Positions 42,375 through 51,823 of a DNA stretch of 64,000 bases are shown here, in pieces. The number at the start of each line of letters is the position of its first letter. Position 1 is the first letter of the stretch. The translations under genes and the position numbers were made by a program. Origin of the DNA: Terriglobales bacterium (GTDB lineage Bacteria; Acidobacteriota; Terriglobia; Terriglobales; Acidobacteriaceae); assembly GCA_025936825.1 (NCBI GenBank), contig JAICSO010000010.1, positions 80,257 through 144,256 on the forward strand. Reading direction: 5' to 3'. The notes beneath the pieces are model-generated. The model did not search any database, had not been told where the DNA came from, and saw only the letters and a program-made list of their open reading frames with translations.

Positions 42375-44045
42375 ATGCCAACTGCTACCGAGAAGCCGGA
42401 GCACGTCTTTTCAGATTTCGTTGATTTCCAAACAGGGCCGCGCCAATACCGCCATTGGAAGCTTGCCATTGATGGAAGAGTTGCGACTCTTACCATGGAT
42501 ATTCAGGAAGACGGCGGGATACTGCCCGGGTACAAGCTTAAGCTCAACTCCTACGATCTGGGGGTTGATATTGAACTGCATGACGCCTTGCAGCGGATTC
42601 GCTTTGAGCATCCGGAAGTCGGCTGTGTGGTCATCACCAGTGCGAAGCCTCGTGTTTTCTGCTCCGGGGCCAACATCTACATGTTGGGTCTGTCGACGCA
42701 TTCCTTGAAAGTAAATTTTTGCAAGTTCACCAATGAAACGCGTAATGGAATTGAAGATTCCAGCGCACATTCCGGGCTCAAGTTTGTCGCAGCTTGCAAT
42801 GGATCGACAGCCGGTGGGGGCTACGAATTAGCTCTGGCGTGCGACGAGATTCTCTTAGTGGACGACCGCTCCTCCGCAGTGAGCCTGCCCGAAGTACCCC
42901 TTCTGGGAGTGCTTCCAGGAACGGGAGGGCTTACACGGGTAATCGATAAACGCCATGTGAGGCGGGACCTGGCGGACGTCTTCTGTACCACGCCAGAAGG
43001 TGTGCAAGGGCAGCGCGCAAAGCAGTGGGGGCTCGTCGATGATGTGATCAAACCGCAGGAATTCGAGAGCCGTGTGCGGACCCGCGCCATCGAACTCGCG
43101 CAAAGTACCGATCGACCCTCGGCTGCCGAAGGCGTCGCGCTTCTTCCTCTCGTACGCAAGATCGATGAGCAGGGGTATCACTACAAGTTCGTTGATGTGC
43201 AATTTGAAGCGCAACGTCGCACGGCAACCATCACGGTGAAAGCGCCTGATTCTGCTGTTCCGCACACTTCCGCAGAGATTCTTGCTGCCGGGGCAGAGTG
43301 GTGGCCGCTGCAGATGGCCCGCGAACTCGACGATGCGATCCTGTCACTTCGCACGAATCAACTCGAATTGGGGCTCTGGATCCTGAAAACAGAAGGCGAG
43401 TTAGAGAAGGTATTGGCGGCAGATTCGGCAATGATTTCCAACCGCGACCACTGGCTAGTGCGGGAGGTAATCAATTTCTTGCGTCGCACCTTCGCTCGTC
43501 TGGATGTCAGTTCCAGATCCATGTACGCGATCGTCGAACCGGGCTCGTGTTTTGCCGGCAGCCTCTTTGAACTGCTTTTGTCCGCCGATCGGGTGTACAT
43601 GCTCGATGAGTCGGGGGTTAATGTCGCCCTTTCTGAGATCAACTTCGGCGGTCTTGAAATGGTCAACGGTCTAACCAGGCTGCAGGCAAGGTTCTATCGC
43701 GACGAAGTCAAAATCCAAAATTTGCGGAAGTGTATTGGCTCGCCATTAGCAGCTCGGCCGGCGGCTGACGCTGGCCTGGCTACTTTTACGCCGGATGAAC
43801 TGGATTGGGATGATGAGGTCCGCCTCGCAATCGAGAGCCGAATTGCACTTTCGCCCGATGCAATGACGGGCCTCGAAGCTAACCTTCGCTTCGGCCCAAC
43901 GGAAAATACGGACTCGCGCATCTTTGGGCGACTTTCCGCGTGGCAGAACTGGATATTCATTCGCCCGAATGCCGTGGGGCCAACCGGAGCGCTGAAAGTT
44001 TACGGCACAGGAAATCGCGCCAAGTTTGATTGGGAACGGGTATAA
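42375..44045 (+). CDS. boxC: Benzoyl-CoA-dihydrodiol lyase (2,3-epoxybenzoyl-CoA dihydrolase), crotonase superfamily
   Basis: I place the start at the ATG at 42375 (MPTATEKPEHVFSDFVDFQTGPRQYRHWKLAIDGRVATLTMDIQED). It has two crotonase-like halves, its size is ~556 aa, and it sits directly upstream of boxB. Confidence 0.85.
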   Translation: MPTATEKPEHVFSDFVDFQTGPRQYRHWKLAIDGRVATLTMDIQEDGGILPGYKLKLNSYDLGVDIELHDALQRIRFEHPEVGCVVITSAKPRVFCSGANIYMLGLSTHSLKVNFCKFTNETRNGIEDSSAHSGLKFVAACNGSTAGGGYELALACDEILLVDDRSSAVSLPEVPLLGVLPGTGGLTRVIDKRHVRRDLADVFCTTPEGVQGQRAKQWGLVDDVIKPQEFESRVRTRAIELAQSTDRPSAAEGVALLPLVRKIDEQGYHYKFVDVQFEAQRRTATITVKAPDSAVPHTSAEILAAGAEWWPLQMARELDDAILSLRTNQLELGLWILKTEGELEKVLAADSAMISNRDHWLVREVINFLRRTFARLDVSSRSMYAIVEPGSCFAGSLFELLLSADRVYMLDESGVNVALSEINFGGLEMVNGLTRLQARFYRDEVKIQNLRKCIGSPLAARPAADAGLATFTPDELDWDDEVRLAIESRIALSPDAMTGLEANLRFGPTENTDSRIFGRLSAWQNWIFIRPNAVGPTGALKVYGTGNRAKFDWERV

Positions 44046-44050
44046 ATTCT

Positions 44051-45502
44051 ATGGCAGAAGTACCTCAAACAACTCGGCAATCAATCGATTACTCACAGCA
44101 AATCCCCAATAATGTCGATCTCGCGCATGATCGAGCGCTGCAGCGCGCTTTGGAGCGGTGGCAGCCGGCGTTTCTGAATTGGTGGGACGAAACTGGTCCC
44201 GAACGCTCGTCGCAACTGCAGGTTTATCTCAGGACAGCAGTGAGCGTGGATCGCGACGGTTGGGCAAATTTTGATTATGTGCGCATGCCGGAGTACCGCT
44301 GGGGGATCTTCTTAACTCCACGGGACGAGAATCGGAAAATCAATTTTGGCGATCATAAGGGCGAACCCGCTTGGCAAGAAGTCCCCGGAGAGTACCGCTC
44401 GACATTGCGGAGGATCATCGTTACCCAAGGCGATACCGAGCCTGCTTCTGTCGAACAGCAAAGGTATTTAGGGGCCACCTGCCCGTCTTTGTACGATCTT
44501 CGCAATCTGTTTCAGGTGAACGTGGAAGAAGGCCGGCACCTTTGGGCAATGGTGTACCTTCTCCAGCGGTATTTTGGCCGTGACGGGAGGGAGGAAGCGG
44601 AAGCCTTACTCCAGAGACGATCTGGCGATCCGAACAATCCGCGCATACTCACTGCGTTCAATGAGAAGACCGGGCACTGGCTAGCATTCTTCATGTTCAC
44701 TTTCTTCACTGACCGCGATGGTAAGTTCCAGCTTTCCGCGTTGACCGAATCCGGATTCGACCCATTGGCACGCACAACGAAGTTCATGCTGACCGAGGAA
44801 GCGCATCATATGTTCGTCGGTGAATCTGGCGTTGCTCGGGTTCTGCAGCGGACGTGCGAGGTTATGACGGAGAAAAAACTGACCGATCCTGCCCAACTCC
44901 GCGCAAAAGGAGTGATCGACTTTGAGACACTGCAGAGGTTCGTTAACTTTCATTACAGCGTAACACTTGACCTTTACGGCGCTGACATCTCCTCAAATGC
45001 GGCCTCGTTCTACACAGGAGGGTTGAAAGGACGTTACGACGAAACCAAGCTTAACGACGATCACGCGCTCACGAACGATTCCTATTCGGTTCAGGAAGTC
45101 GAAAACGGAAGGATTGTTGACAAACAGGTACCAGCCCTCACTGCATTGAACGCTCGCCTGCGCGATGACTACACTCAGGAAATACAAGCCGGCCTCGACC
45201 GCTGGAACAGAATTCCGGAGAAATTCGGCTTACCGCTTCGCATCACTCTGCCACACCAGGGATTTCACAGGAAAATCGGGAATTTCGCCGGTCAATATGT
45301 CTCACCCGACGGCTCCGTCCTCTCCAAGGAGGAATGGGATCGGCGGTCGAAGGATTGGCTGCCATCCGAGGACGACCATGCTTTTGTCGCGTCACTGATG
45401 CAGCGCGTGATCGAACCAGGCAAATTCGCCAATTGGATTGCTCCACCTGCGCGGGGCATCAGGAACCTTCCAATTAACTTTCAATACGTGCGTTTTGAGT
45501 GA
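44051..45502 (+). CDS. boxB: Benzoyl-CoA 2,3-epoxidase, di-iron oxygenase subunit B
   Basis: The start is the ATG at 44051. Long stretches are identical or near-identical to Azoarcus BoxB as I recall it: IPNNVDL...LQRALE.WQP.FLNWWD, WQEVPGEYRSTLRRIIVTQGDTEPASVEQQR, LYDLRNLFQVNVEEGRHLWAMVYLL, NPRILTAFNEKT, FMLTEEAHHMFVGESG. Confidence 0.9.
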   Translation: MAEVPQTTRQSIDYSQQIPNNVDLAHDRALQRALERWQPAFLNWWDETGPERSSQLQVYLRTAVSVDRDGWANFDYVRMPEYRWGIFLTPRDENRKINFGDHKGEPAWQEVPGEYRSTLRRIIVTQGDTEPASVEQQRYLGATCPSLYDLRNLFQVNVEEGRHLWAMVYLLQRYFGRDGREEAEALLQRRSGDPNNPRILTAFNEKTGHWLAFFMFTFFTDRDGKFQLSALTESGFDPLARTTKFMLTEEAHHMFVGESGVARVLQRTCEVMTEKKLTDPAQLRAKGVIDFETLQRFVNFHYSVTLDLYGADISSNAASFYTGGLKGRYDETKLNDDHALTNDSYSVQEVENGRIVDKQVPALTALNARLRDDYTQEIQAGLDRWNRIPEKFGLPLRITLPHQGFHRKIGNFAGQYVSPDGSVLSKEEWDRRSKDWLPSEDDHAFVASLMQRVIEPGKFANWIAPPARGIRNLPINFQYVRFE

Positions 45503-45522
45503 GGCTCCTGGAGACGCGATTG

Positions 45523-45867
45523 ATGAATTCATTTCTGGTGGAGCGACTTGGCGACGTCAGCATTTCATGCCGCAAACTCTTTGCGGTGATAGTGCGCGAG
45601 GCCTATTACGGACCTATTCATCCAAAGAACCAGGGGACGGCAACACCGCCGGAGATTCTTGAGGCTTGCGGCTTGGACGTTGGTGAGTTCTACGGGTTGC
45701 TTGAAGAATTGAAGCGCGCCGGATTGATCAAAGTCGAGAATAGTTACCCTTTCGAAGAAATCCAACTTTCTCCTGAAGCAGTTGAGGCACGATGGGTCGC
45801 GGATCGCTGCGCTAAGATTGGGCAGCAACTCGACAATGCTTTTGTAAATCTCAACTTCCCCGCCTGA
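45523..45867 (+). CDS. Small hypothetical protein (114 aa) at the position where boxA would be expected
   Basis: The ATG at 45523 is preceded by GGAG about 9 nt upstream. The track start is a GTG at 45499 that overlaps the boxB stop. The product is MNSFLVERLGDVSISCRKLFAVIVREAYYGPIHPKNQGTATPPEILEACGLDVGEFYGLLEELKRAGLIKVENSYPFEEIQLSPEA... It has no Fe-S cysteine clusters and no flavin or NAD motifs. The LEELKRAGLIKV segment looks winged-helix-like. Confidence 0.5.
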   Translation: MNSFLVERLGDVSISCRKLFAVIVREAYYGPIHPKNQGTATPPEILEACGLDVGEFYGLLEELKRAGLIKVENSYPFEEIQLSPEAVEARWVADRCAKIGQQLDNAFVNLNFPA

Positions 45868-45952
45868 TGCTGCATGCAGAGTTGTTTTCACAGCAAGGGC
45901 GGAGTGTCGACAACAGAACCATCTTTGGCGAGTACGCACACTGCGGAAGCGA

Positions 45953-46429
45953 TCAAATTTGGCCGGAGCGCCGCCACTCCTGCCGCACAGCTTCGACCAG
46001 TTCCAGCAGATCACTGGGATGCTCAAGGAACCTGTCTCCGCCGCTCTCGTAAGATCCCGGCTGTCCTGCGTCCGCCGGATATGTCGCTGAGAGATGAATA
46101 ATCGGAGTGTCGCGCGTTTGGGCACTGCTTCGAAGGCGGCGCGCCACATCGAACCCCAACATGTCGGGAAGATTCACATCCGGAATGATCAGGCTTGGTC
46201 TGAAACTCGAAACCTTTTCCAGCGCCGCTCGCCCGTTTTTCGCTTCGATGACAGTGAATCCTGTCTTGCGTAGCAGCCGGGTCACCGCGTAACGGTGCTC
46301 ATTGGTGTCATCGACATTAAGAATGGTGATTCTGGCTAGGTCGTGTCCTTTTAATGCACTCTCCAGCACCAGAAAGAGTTGCTCCGGGGAGCCTCCCTCA
46401 GGAAGAGACGGAACTGTCCTATGAAGCAC
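45953..46429 (-). CDS. Orphan single-domain response regulator (CheY-like receiver)
   Basis: ITILNVDDTNEHRYAVTRLLRKTGFTVIEAKNGRAALEKVSSFRPSLIIPDVNLPDMLGFDVARRLR...PIIHLSA is a receiver domain with the acidic pocket, phospho-acceptor Asp and conserved Ser/Thr positions. There is no output domain and no adjacent kinase. Confidence 0.8.
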   Translation of the reverse strand: MLHRTVPSLPEGGSPEQLFLVLESALKGHDLARITILNVDDTNEHRYAVTRLLRKTGFTVIEAKNGRAALEKVSSFRPSLIIPDVNLPDMLGFDVARRLRSSAQTRDTPIIHLSATYPADAGQPGSYESGGDRFLEHPSDLLELVEAVRQEWRRSGQI

Positions 46430-46595
46430 GTAAGAATTCAGTACAACGACGCATTCTCAGCAGCAGATCATGCTGGTTCAGCGCACCCGCCAATCTCCCC
46501 AATCGTCGTTTAGAACCAGCGGAAATGTCAAATGGTGACCTGCGTTTCTTGGACAATGTCACGATCGGATATGAACGCTCCGGTAGAATGAACGC

Positions 46596-47936
46596 GTGAG
46601 TCCGCACAAGCACCGGATCGCCGATTACCTTCGGCCCAAAACGCTTGCGATGTTGTTGCTCGGGTTTTCTTCCGGCCTTCCTTTTCTCCTCGTCGCTAAC
46701 ACGTTCGGCTACTGGCTGCGCGATGAGCACACCTCCCTGACGGCCATTGGGTTTCTCTCCTGGGTTGGAATTGCCTATTCGCTGAAATTTTTATGGGCAC
46801 CGGTAATAGATCGTGTCGACCTCCCGTTGTTCAAACGCCTCGGACATCGGCGCGGATGGATGATGTTCTCGCAAATCGTGGTCGGGCTGGCGCTGTGCGC
46901 GATGGGCGGAGTGGGAACGCAGGCAGGCCTTGGCCGTCTTGGGGCCCTGGCGCTGGTAGTCGCGTTTGCCGCAGCCACACAGGACATTGTGATCGATGCC
47001 TGGCGAATTGAATCGGCAGACGATGGAGAAGAACAGGGCCTCCTCGCCTCTGCCTATCAGTTCAGCTACCGTTTGGCGATCCTGGCCACGGATTCCCTCA
47101 TCCTTATTGTGGCAGCGGCCGTGGGCTGGCGCATGTCCTATGGTATTTACGGCGCGTGCATGGCCATTGGAATCATCGCAACCTGGTTTGCAAAGGAACC
47201 CGAGCGCGCGGATGCGGTGATGGACAAGAAGCAACACGAAGCGCCGATTTGGACGCCGCGCGGTTTCTTTGACGCCGTTGTGGGCCCGTTCATCGCGTTT
47301 TTCCGCGCACATGGCTGGCTCGCGCTCGTTATGTTGGCGGCCATCAGCCTGTACCGCCTGCCTGACTACGTCATGGGTCCGATGGCAAATCCCTACTACC
47401 ATGACATCGGTCTTTCGAAGCAAACGGTCGGAGCGGTGCGGGGTTCAATCGGAGCTATTGCTACCTTCGCGGGTATTGCGGCGGGCGGATTCTGTTCGCT
47501 AAAGCTTGGCTACATGCGTGCGCTGATCATCGGGGGCATTCTGCAGGCAGCGTCAATTGCCGCGTATGCCGCTCTCGCGTTCTCGGGCACGAGCATTCGC
47601 CTGTTCGCGCTAGTCATGGCCGGCGATAACTTCAGCATCAGCTTTGCTGGCGTTGCGCTCATAGCGTACATGTCGAGCCTTACTAACATTGGGTACACCG
47701 CCACGCAGTATGCGCTCTTGAGCTCAACCTATGCCTGGCTGGGGAAGATATTGAAAGGGTTTTCCGGCGCTGAGGTCGAAAGGCTGAGCACCACGTTCGG
47801 CCTCATTCATGGTTACGGCATTTTCTTTATTGCTTGCGGACTGACCGGCCTGCCCGCTGTCCTTCTTTTTGCAGTATTGGGTTATTGGCACAGCCGGAAG
47901 CAAGCGGTCGCAGCCACTGCAAGTATTCCTTCGTAA
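46596..47936 (+). CDS. ampG: AmpG-family muropeptide MFS permease
   Basis: 446 aa, GTG start. LAMLLLGFSSGLPFLLVANTFGYWLRDEHTSLTAIGFLSWVGIAYSLKFLWAPVIDR matches the AmpG N-terminal signature (compare E. coli ILGFASGLPLALTSGTLQAW). It has 12-14 TM helices. Confidence 0.85.
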   Translation: MSPHKHRIADYLRPKTLAMLLLGFSSGLPFLLVANTFGYWLRDEHTSLTAIGFLSWVGIAYSLKFLWAPVIDRVDLPLFKRLGHRRGWMMFSQIVVGLALCAMGGVGTQAGLGRLGALALVVAFAAATQDIVIDAWRIESADDGEEQGLLASAYQFSYRLAILATDSLILIVAAAVGWRMSYGIYGACMAIGIIATWFAKEPERADAVMDKKQHEAPIWTPRGFFDAVVGPFIAFFRAHGWLALVMLAAISLYRLPDYVMGPMANPYYHDIGLSKQTVGAVRGSIGAIATFAGIAAGGFCSLKLGYMRALIIGGILQAASIAAYAALAFSGTSIRLFALVMAGDNFSISFAGVALIAYMSSLTNIGYTATQYALLSSTYAWLGKILKGFSGAEVERLSTTFGLIHGYGIFFIACGLTGLPAVLLFAVLGYWHSRKQAVAATASIPS

Positions 47937-48264
47937 CCAACCGAGGAAGCCTGTGACATGGCACGGAATCGGTATTTCAGAGGACCGGCATTTTTAAAAT
48001 TCCGACGCTCTCGTGCCAGTAGATCTGGAACTCAGCTAGGTCAGGGTAAGTGCTGGTCGTAAATTCACCACCGATCCATTAGGCATAAAGAATCCGTCCA
48101 CCCCTTTGCCCTGGGGAAAGCTGCTGCAAGTTGTTGACAACCCTAGTGTGTGGTGAGAGACTTCTGTCCGCGAAAGAAGCGCGATTCCGCGCCCCTTTCA
48201 TTTCGTGGACTTCGTAGTCGGATAACTCCCGGGTGCAGCAATCTTCGTTTCTATTTGTGGGTCG

Positions 48265-51200
48265 GTGTTGACTAAATTATTCGGCTGGCGTTTCCGCTCC
48301 TCTGATTGCTCCCAAAATTCTGTTCAAGATCCCCGAGTGTTATGGCGTCGCTTCGCATTTGCGGTCATTGTTCTTGCATTAACTGTGACGATTGGTTGCA
48401 ACCGCCAGCAGACTCAAATCTCTCGCCATCTGGACTTCAATCAGGACGTGCAGCCAATCCTTGCCAGCCGCTGCTTCAGTTGCCACGGCCCCGATCCGGA
48501 GATGCGCAAAGCGGGCCTGCGGCTTGATCTCGCGGAATGGGCGATGAGGAAGCGCGAGGGACATCGCGACGCGATTATCCCCGGCCATCCCGAGAAGAGT
48601 GAACTAGTCAAGCGAATCGAGTCGAAAGACCCGCACTACCTCATGCCGCAAAATGCGCAAGGCGAGGCTAAGCCGATGAGCGCCGGCGAGATCGCGATTT
48701 TGAAGGAGTGGATCAAGCAAGGCGCGGTCTATCGTCCGCATTGGGCTTTTGAAGCGCCGGTTCGACCAACTGTTCCTCACGATGCGCAAAGTGACGCTTG
48801 GGCCAGGAACGCGATCGACAATTTCATCTTCGCGAAACTGGACAAACAAGGTCTGCAGCCTTCTGCCGAGGCGGACAAGCCGGCGCTCATCCGACGAGTG
48901 ACATTGGATCTCACTGGCCTCTTGCCTTCGCCAGATGAGGTGCGCGCTTTCGTGAATGATTCATCGCCGGATGCATACGAGCATCTAGTCGATCGACTGC
49001 TGGCGCAGCCGACTTTCGGGGAGCAACGCGCGCGCTACTGGCTCGACTACGCCCGCTACGCGGATACGTATGGACTGCACTTCGATAACAGCCGTGACAT
49101 CTGGCCGTATCGCGATTACGTGATTCGCTCATTCAATAACAACAAACGTTTCGACCAATTTGCGATGGAGCAGATTGCTGGCGACTTGATGCCGATGAAG
49201 ACTCTCGATCCGCTAATCGGCAGCGGTTATGTGCGTCTGGGCGTCAGCAGCAACGAAGGTGGGACGATTCCGGAACAGTTGCGCGTCAACATCGCGCGCG
49301 AACGCACCGAAGCCTACGGCGCTACCTTCATGGGGCTGACCGTTGGTTGTGCGGTCTGCCACGATCACAAGTTCGATCCAACTACGCAGCGCGATTTCTA
49401 TTCTCTGAGCGCCTTCTTCAACAATCTGGATGAGAAGCCTTTCAACGACGATCGCCCGGTGTGGACGCCGGTGGTGCGAGTCCCAAAAGCCGCGGAGGAA
49501 GGGGCATACGACGGCGTGCTGGCGCGCCGGTCGGAGCTCCAGCAAAAACTGAATGCGATGCGTGTTGATGCCTCGAAATTGGTCGCGCAATGGCTGACGT
49601 CCAAGAAGGACCCGGCGCGTCCAGTTTCGATGGAAGGACTGGCAGTCCGATTGCGCCTTGATGAAGGTACCGGCGAGGCGTTGAAGAATAGCGCGCCCAA
49701 TGCGAACCCCGCCAGCTTTAAGACCACGACCATGAAACCGGAGTGGGGCGAGACCACGTGGCTGTGGCCTGATTTCCGTATGCAATCGAGTACGCGGGTG
49801 CTGCTGGGGCAGGCCGGCAATTACGAGGCCAGCCAAGCGTTCTCCGCGGGAGGCTGGTTCATGTTCCGGGCAGCCCCATTTCATCCGGGAAGTTACGGAA
49901 CGCTGATCTCGAAGATGGAATCTACGCAGCATGATCGCGGATGGGAACTGGCGGCCGATTACAACGGCGCAATCAGCGTAGCGTTGGTGAATCAGCGGCC
50001 GAAAGACGAAGGCGCACAGAAAAAAGCAGCAGACAAGAAAGACAAGAAGCAGACTTCAGAAAAGAAGCCGGCCGAAGCCAAGGAACCGTTCGACTATCCC
50101 ACGCCGCAGGACCTAAGCAAAAAGGACCTTGCGCCGAACAAGCCGCCCGAACAATTGAAGGCGGAGAAAGACGGAGAGAAGAAGGCAAAGGCAAAAGCTG
50201 CGGCGGAAGCAAAAGCGAAAAAAGCGCATCCCGACGAGACACCGCACGACAACACCCCTGACATCGCAATCCGCGTGGCGGCGCTGAAGCCTCTTCCACT
50301 CGACAACGCGTGGAAACATATCTTCTTTACGTACGACGGTTCGGGTCGCGCATCTGGAATCAAGATTTTCATTGACGGCGTTCAAGTCGCGACTCGCGTG
50401 CTTAACGACGATCTCGGCGGCGCGAGTATTCGTACCGATGCTCCATTGCAGCTTGGATGGCGCAATACCGAGGAGCATCCGGCGAAGGATGCTCGTTATC
50501 AAGATATTCGGCTATATTCTCGAGCCGTCACCACGGATGAAATGAAGCGCCTTCCCTTCGAAGATTATGTCGCAGAAATCGCAGCGCGGCCATCGGCGCA
50601 ATGGACAGAAGACCAGCGGCACGTGATCACCGAGTTCTACCTTAATAATATTGATCCCGTTTACCGTGGTATTAAGCACGAAATGGTCTCGATCGATCAG
50701 CAGTTGGACCATTTGTCTGCCGGCGGCAACTTGACGCAAGTCTCCTGGGAGAAATCCACTCTTCCGTACGCTCATGTGCTGACGCGGGGTATATATACCG
50801 CTCGCACGGAGCGGGTCGAAGCCAACACCCCACATTTTCTTCCACCGTTGCCGGCGAATGAACCGCGCAACCGGCTTGCGCTCGCGAAGTGGACTGTCAG
50901 CCCAGAGAATCCGCTAACCGCCCGGGTCACGGTCAATCGCATGTGGTACGAACTCTTTGGCACGGGTCTCGTGGAAACAACGGAAGACTTCGGGATCATG
51001 GGTCAGCGTCCGACGCATCCGGAGTTACTTGACTGGCTGGCGGTCGAATTTCGCGAAAGCGGATGGAACATCAAGCACATGTACAAGCTGATGGTGATGT
51101 CCGCGACGTACCGCCAGACTTCAAAAACCAGCCCGCAGCAATTGGCGAAGGACCCCAGAAATCAGTGGTTGTCGCGCGGTCCTCGGTTCCGCATGGATGC

Positions 51201-51816
51201 CGAGATGGTTCGCGATATTGCGCTCCAGTCGAGCGGCCTGTTGGTGACAAGGATCGGCGGGCCGAGCGTGAAGCCTTATCAACCGCCGGCCATTTGGGAG
51301 CAGGTGAGTTATCCGACGAGCGACACGGTTCATTACGCGCAGGAGCACGGGGATGCGCTCCACCGCCGCAGCATGTACACGTATGTGAAGCGCATGGCGC
51401 ATCTGCCCAACATGGATGCATTCGATGCCCCGGCGCGCGACGTGGTCTGCACCCGGCGGCAGCGCACCGACACTCCGCTCCAGGCCCTGGTGACGATGAA
51501 CGACGTGCAGTGGGTGGAAGCCGCCCGCGCCCTGGCAGAGCGCGTGATTCGCGAGGGTGGAGCGACACCCGAGAAGCGGATCAATCGCATGGCGCTCATC
51601 TTGCTTTCGCGCGTCCCAGCGCCACAAATGGCCGACGTCCTGGAAAAGTCATTCCTTGAAATGCAGAAACATTACGCCGCGAATCCGAAAGACGCTCATT
51701 CTCTCGTCAATATCGGTGAGAAAAAACGAGACAGTTCGATTCCCGAGCCGGAATTGGCTGCATGGACGATGATCGCCAACGAAATGCTGAATCTCGATGC
51801 GACCGTGAACAAGTAG
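48265..51816 (+). CDS. Large periplasmic PSCyt1 (CxxCH) - DUF1549/PSCyt2 - LamG-like - DUF1553/PSD1 protein
   Basis: 1183 aa. GTG start at 48265, with an alternative in-frame GTG at 48337 (VLWRRFAFAVIVLALTVTIGC). The haem-c motif is FNQDVQPILASRCFSCHGPDPEMRKAGLRLDL. The DUF1549 block is WARNAIDNFIFAKLDKQGLQPSAEADKPALIRRVTLDLTGLLPSPDEVRAFV. A CAVCHDHKFDP motif is present. The LamG-like block is IFFTYDGSGRASGIKIFIDGVQV. The DUF1553 block is VNRMWYELFGTGLVETTEDFGIMGQRPTHPELLDWLA. Confidence 0.85.
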   Translation: MLTKLFGWRFRSSDCSQNSVQDPRVLWRRFAFAVIVLALTVTIGCNRQQTQISRHLDFNQDVQPILASRCFSCHGPDPEMRKAGLRLDLAEWAMRKREGHRDAIIPGHPEKSELVKRIESKDPHYLMPQNAQGEAKPMSAGEIAILKEWIKQGAVYRPHWAFEAPVRPTVPHDAQSDAWARNAIDNFIFAKLDKQGLQPSAEADKPALIRRVTLDLTGLLPSPDEVRAFVNDSSPDAYEHLVDRLLAQPTFGEQRARYWLDYARYADTYGLHFDNSRDIWPYRDYVIRSFNNNKRFDQFAMEQIAGDLMPMKTLDPLIGSGYVRLGVSSNEGGTIPEQLRVNIARERTEAYGATFMGLTVGCAVCHDHKFDPTTQRDFYSLSAFFNNLDEKPFNDDRPVWTPVVRVPKAAEEGAYDGVLARRSELQQKLNAMRVDASKLVAQWLTSKKDPARPVSMEGLAVRLRLDEGTGEALKNSAPNANPASFKTTTMKPEWGETTWLWPDFRMQSSTRVLLGQAGNYEASQAFSAGGWFMFRAAPFHPGSYGTLISKMESTQHDRGWELAADYNGAISVALVNQRPKDEGAQKKAADKKDKKQTSEKKPAEAKEPFDYPTPQDLSKKDLAPNKPPEQLKAEKDGEKKAKAKAAAEAKAKKAHPDETPHDNTPDIAIRVAALKPLPLDNAWKHIFFTYDGSGRASGIKIFIDGVQVATRVLNDDLGGASIRTDAPLQLGWRNTEEHPAKDARYQDIRLYSRAVTTDEMKRLPFEDYVAEIAARPSAQWTEDQRHVITEFYLNNIDPVYRGIKHEMVSIDQQLDHLSAGGNLTQVSWEKSTLPYAHVLTRGIYTARTERVEANTPHFLPPLPANEPRNRLALAKWTVSPENPLTARVTVNRMWYELFGTGLVETTEDFGIMGQRPTHPELLDWLAVEFRESGWNIKHMYKLMVMSATYRQTSKTSPQQLAKDPRNQWLSRGPRFRMDAEMVRDIALQSSGLLVTRIGGPSVKPYQPPAIWEQVSYPTSDTVHYAQEHGDALHRRSMYTYVKRMAHLPNMDAFDAPARDVVCTRRQRTDTPLQALVTMNDVQWVEAARALAERVIREGGATPEKRINRMALILLSRVPAPQMADVLEKSFLEMQKHYAANPKDAHSLVNIGEKKRDSSIPEPELAAWTMIANEMLNLDATVNK

Positions 51817-51823
51817 AGGACCT

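Noticed and set aside
45870-45879. CTGCATGCAG, a 10-bp palindrome with two TGCA cores just after the small ORF downstream of boxB
   Set aside because: It is tempting as a second BoxR site, but perfect 10-bp palindromes are expected about 60 times by chance in 64 kb, and it lies at a gene end rather than in a promoter. I kept only the 20-bp palindrome at 42269.
47950-48051. 33-aa basic ORF (MARNRYFRGPAFLKFRRSRASRSGTQLGQGKCWS) and an imperfect long hairpin downstream of ampG
   Set aside because: There is no SD, the composition looks like translated non-coding DNA, and the hairpin has large bulges and no clean U-tract. The evidence is insufficient for either a CDS or a terminator call.
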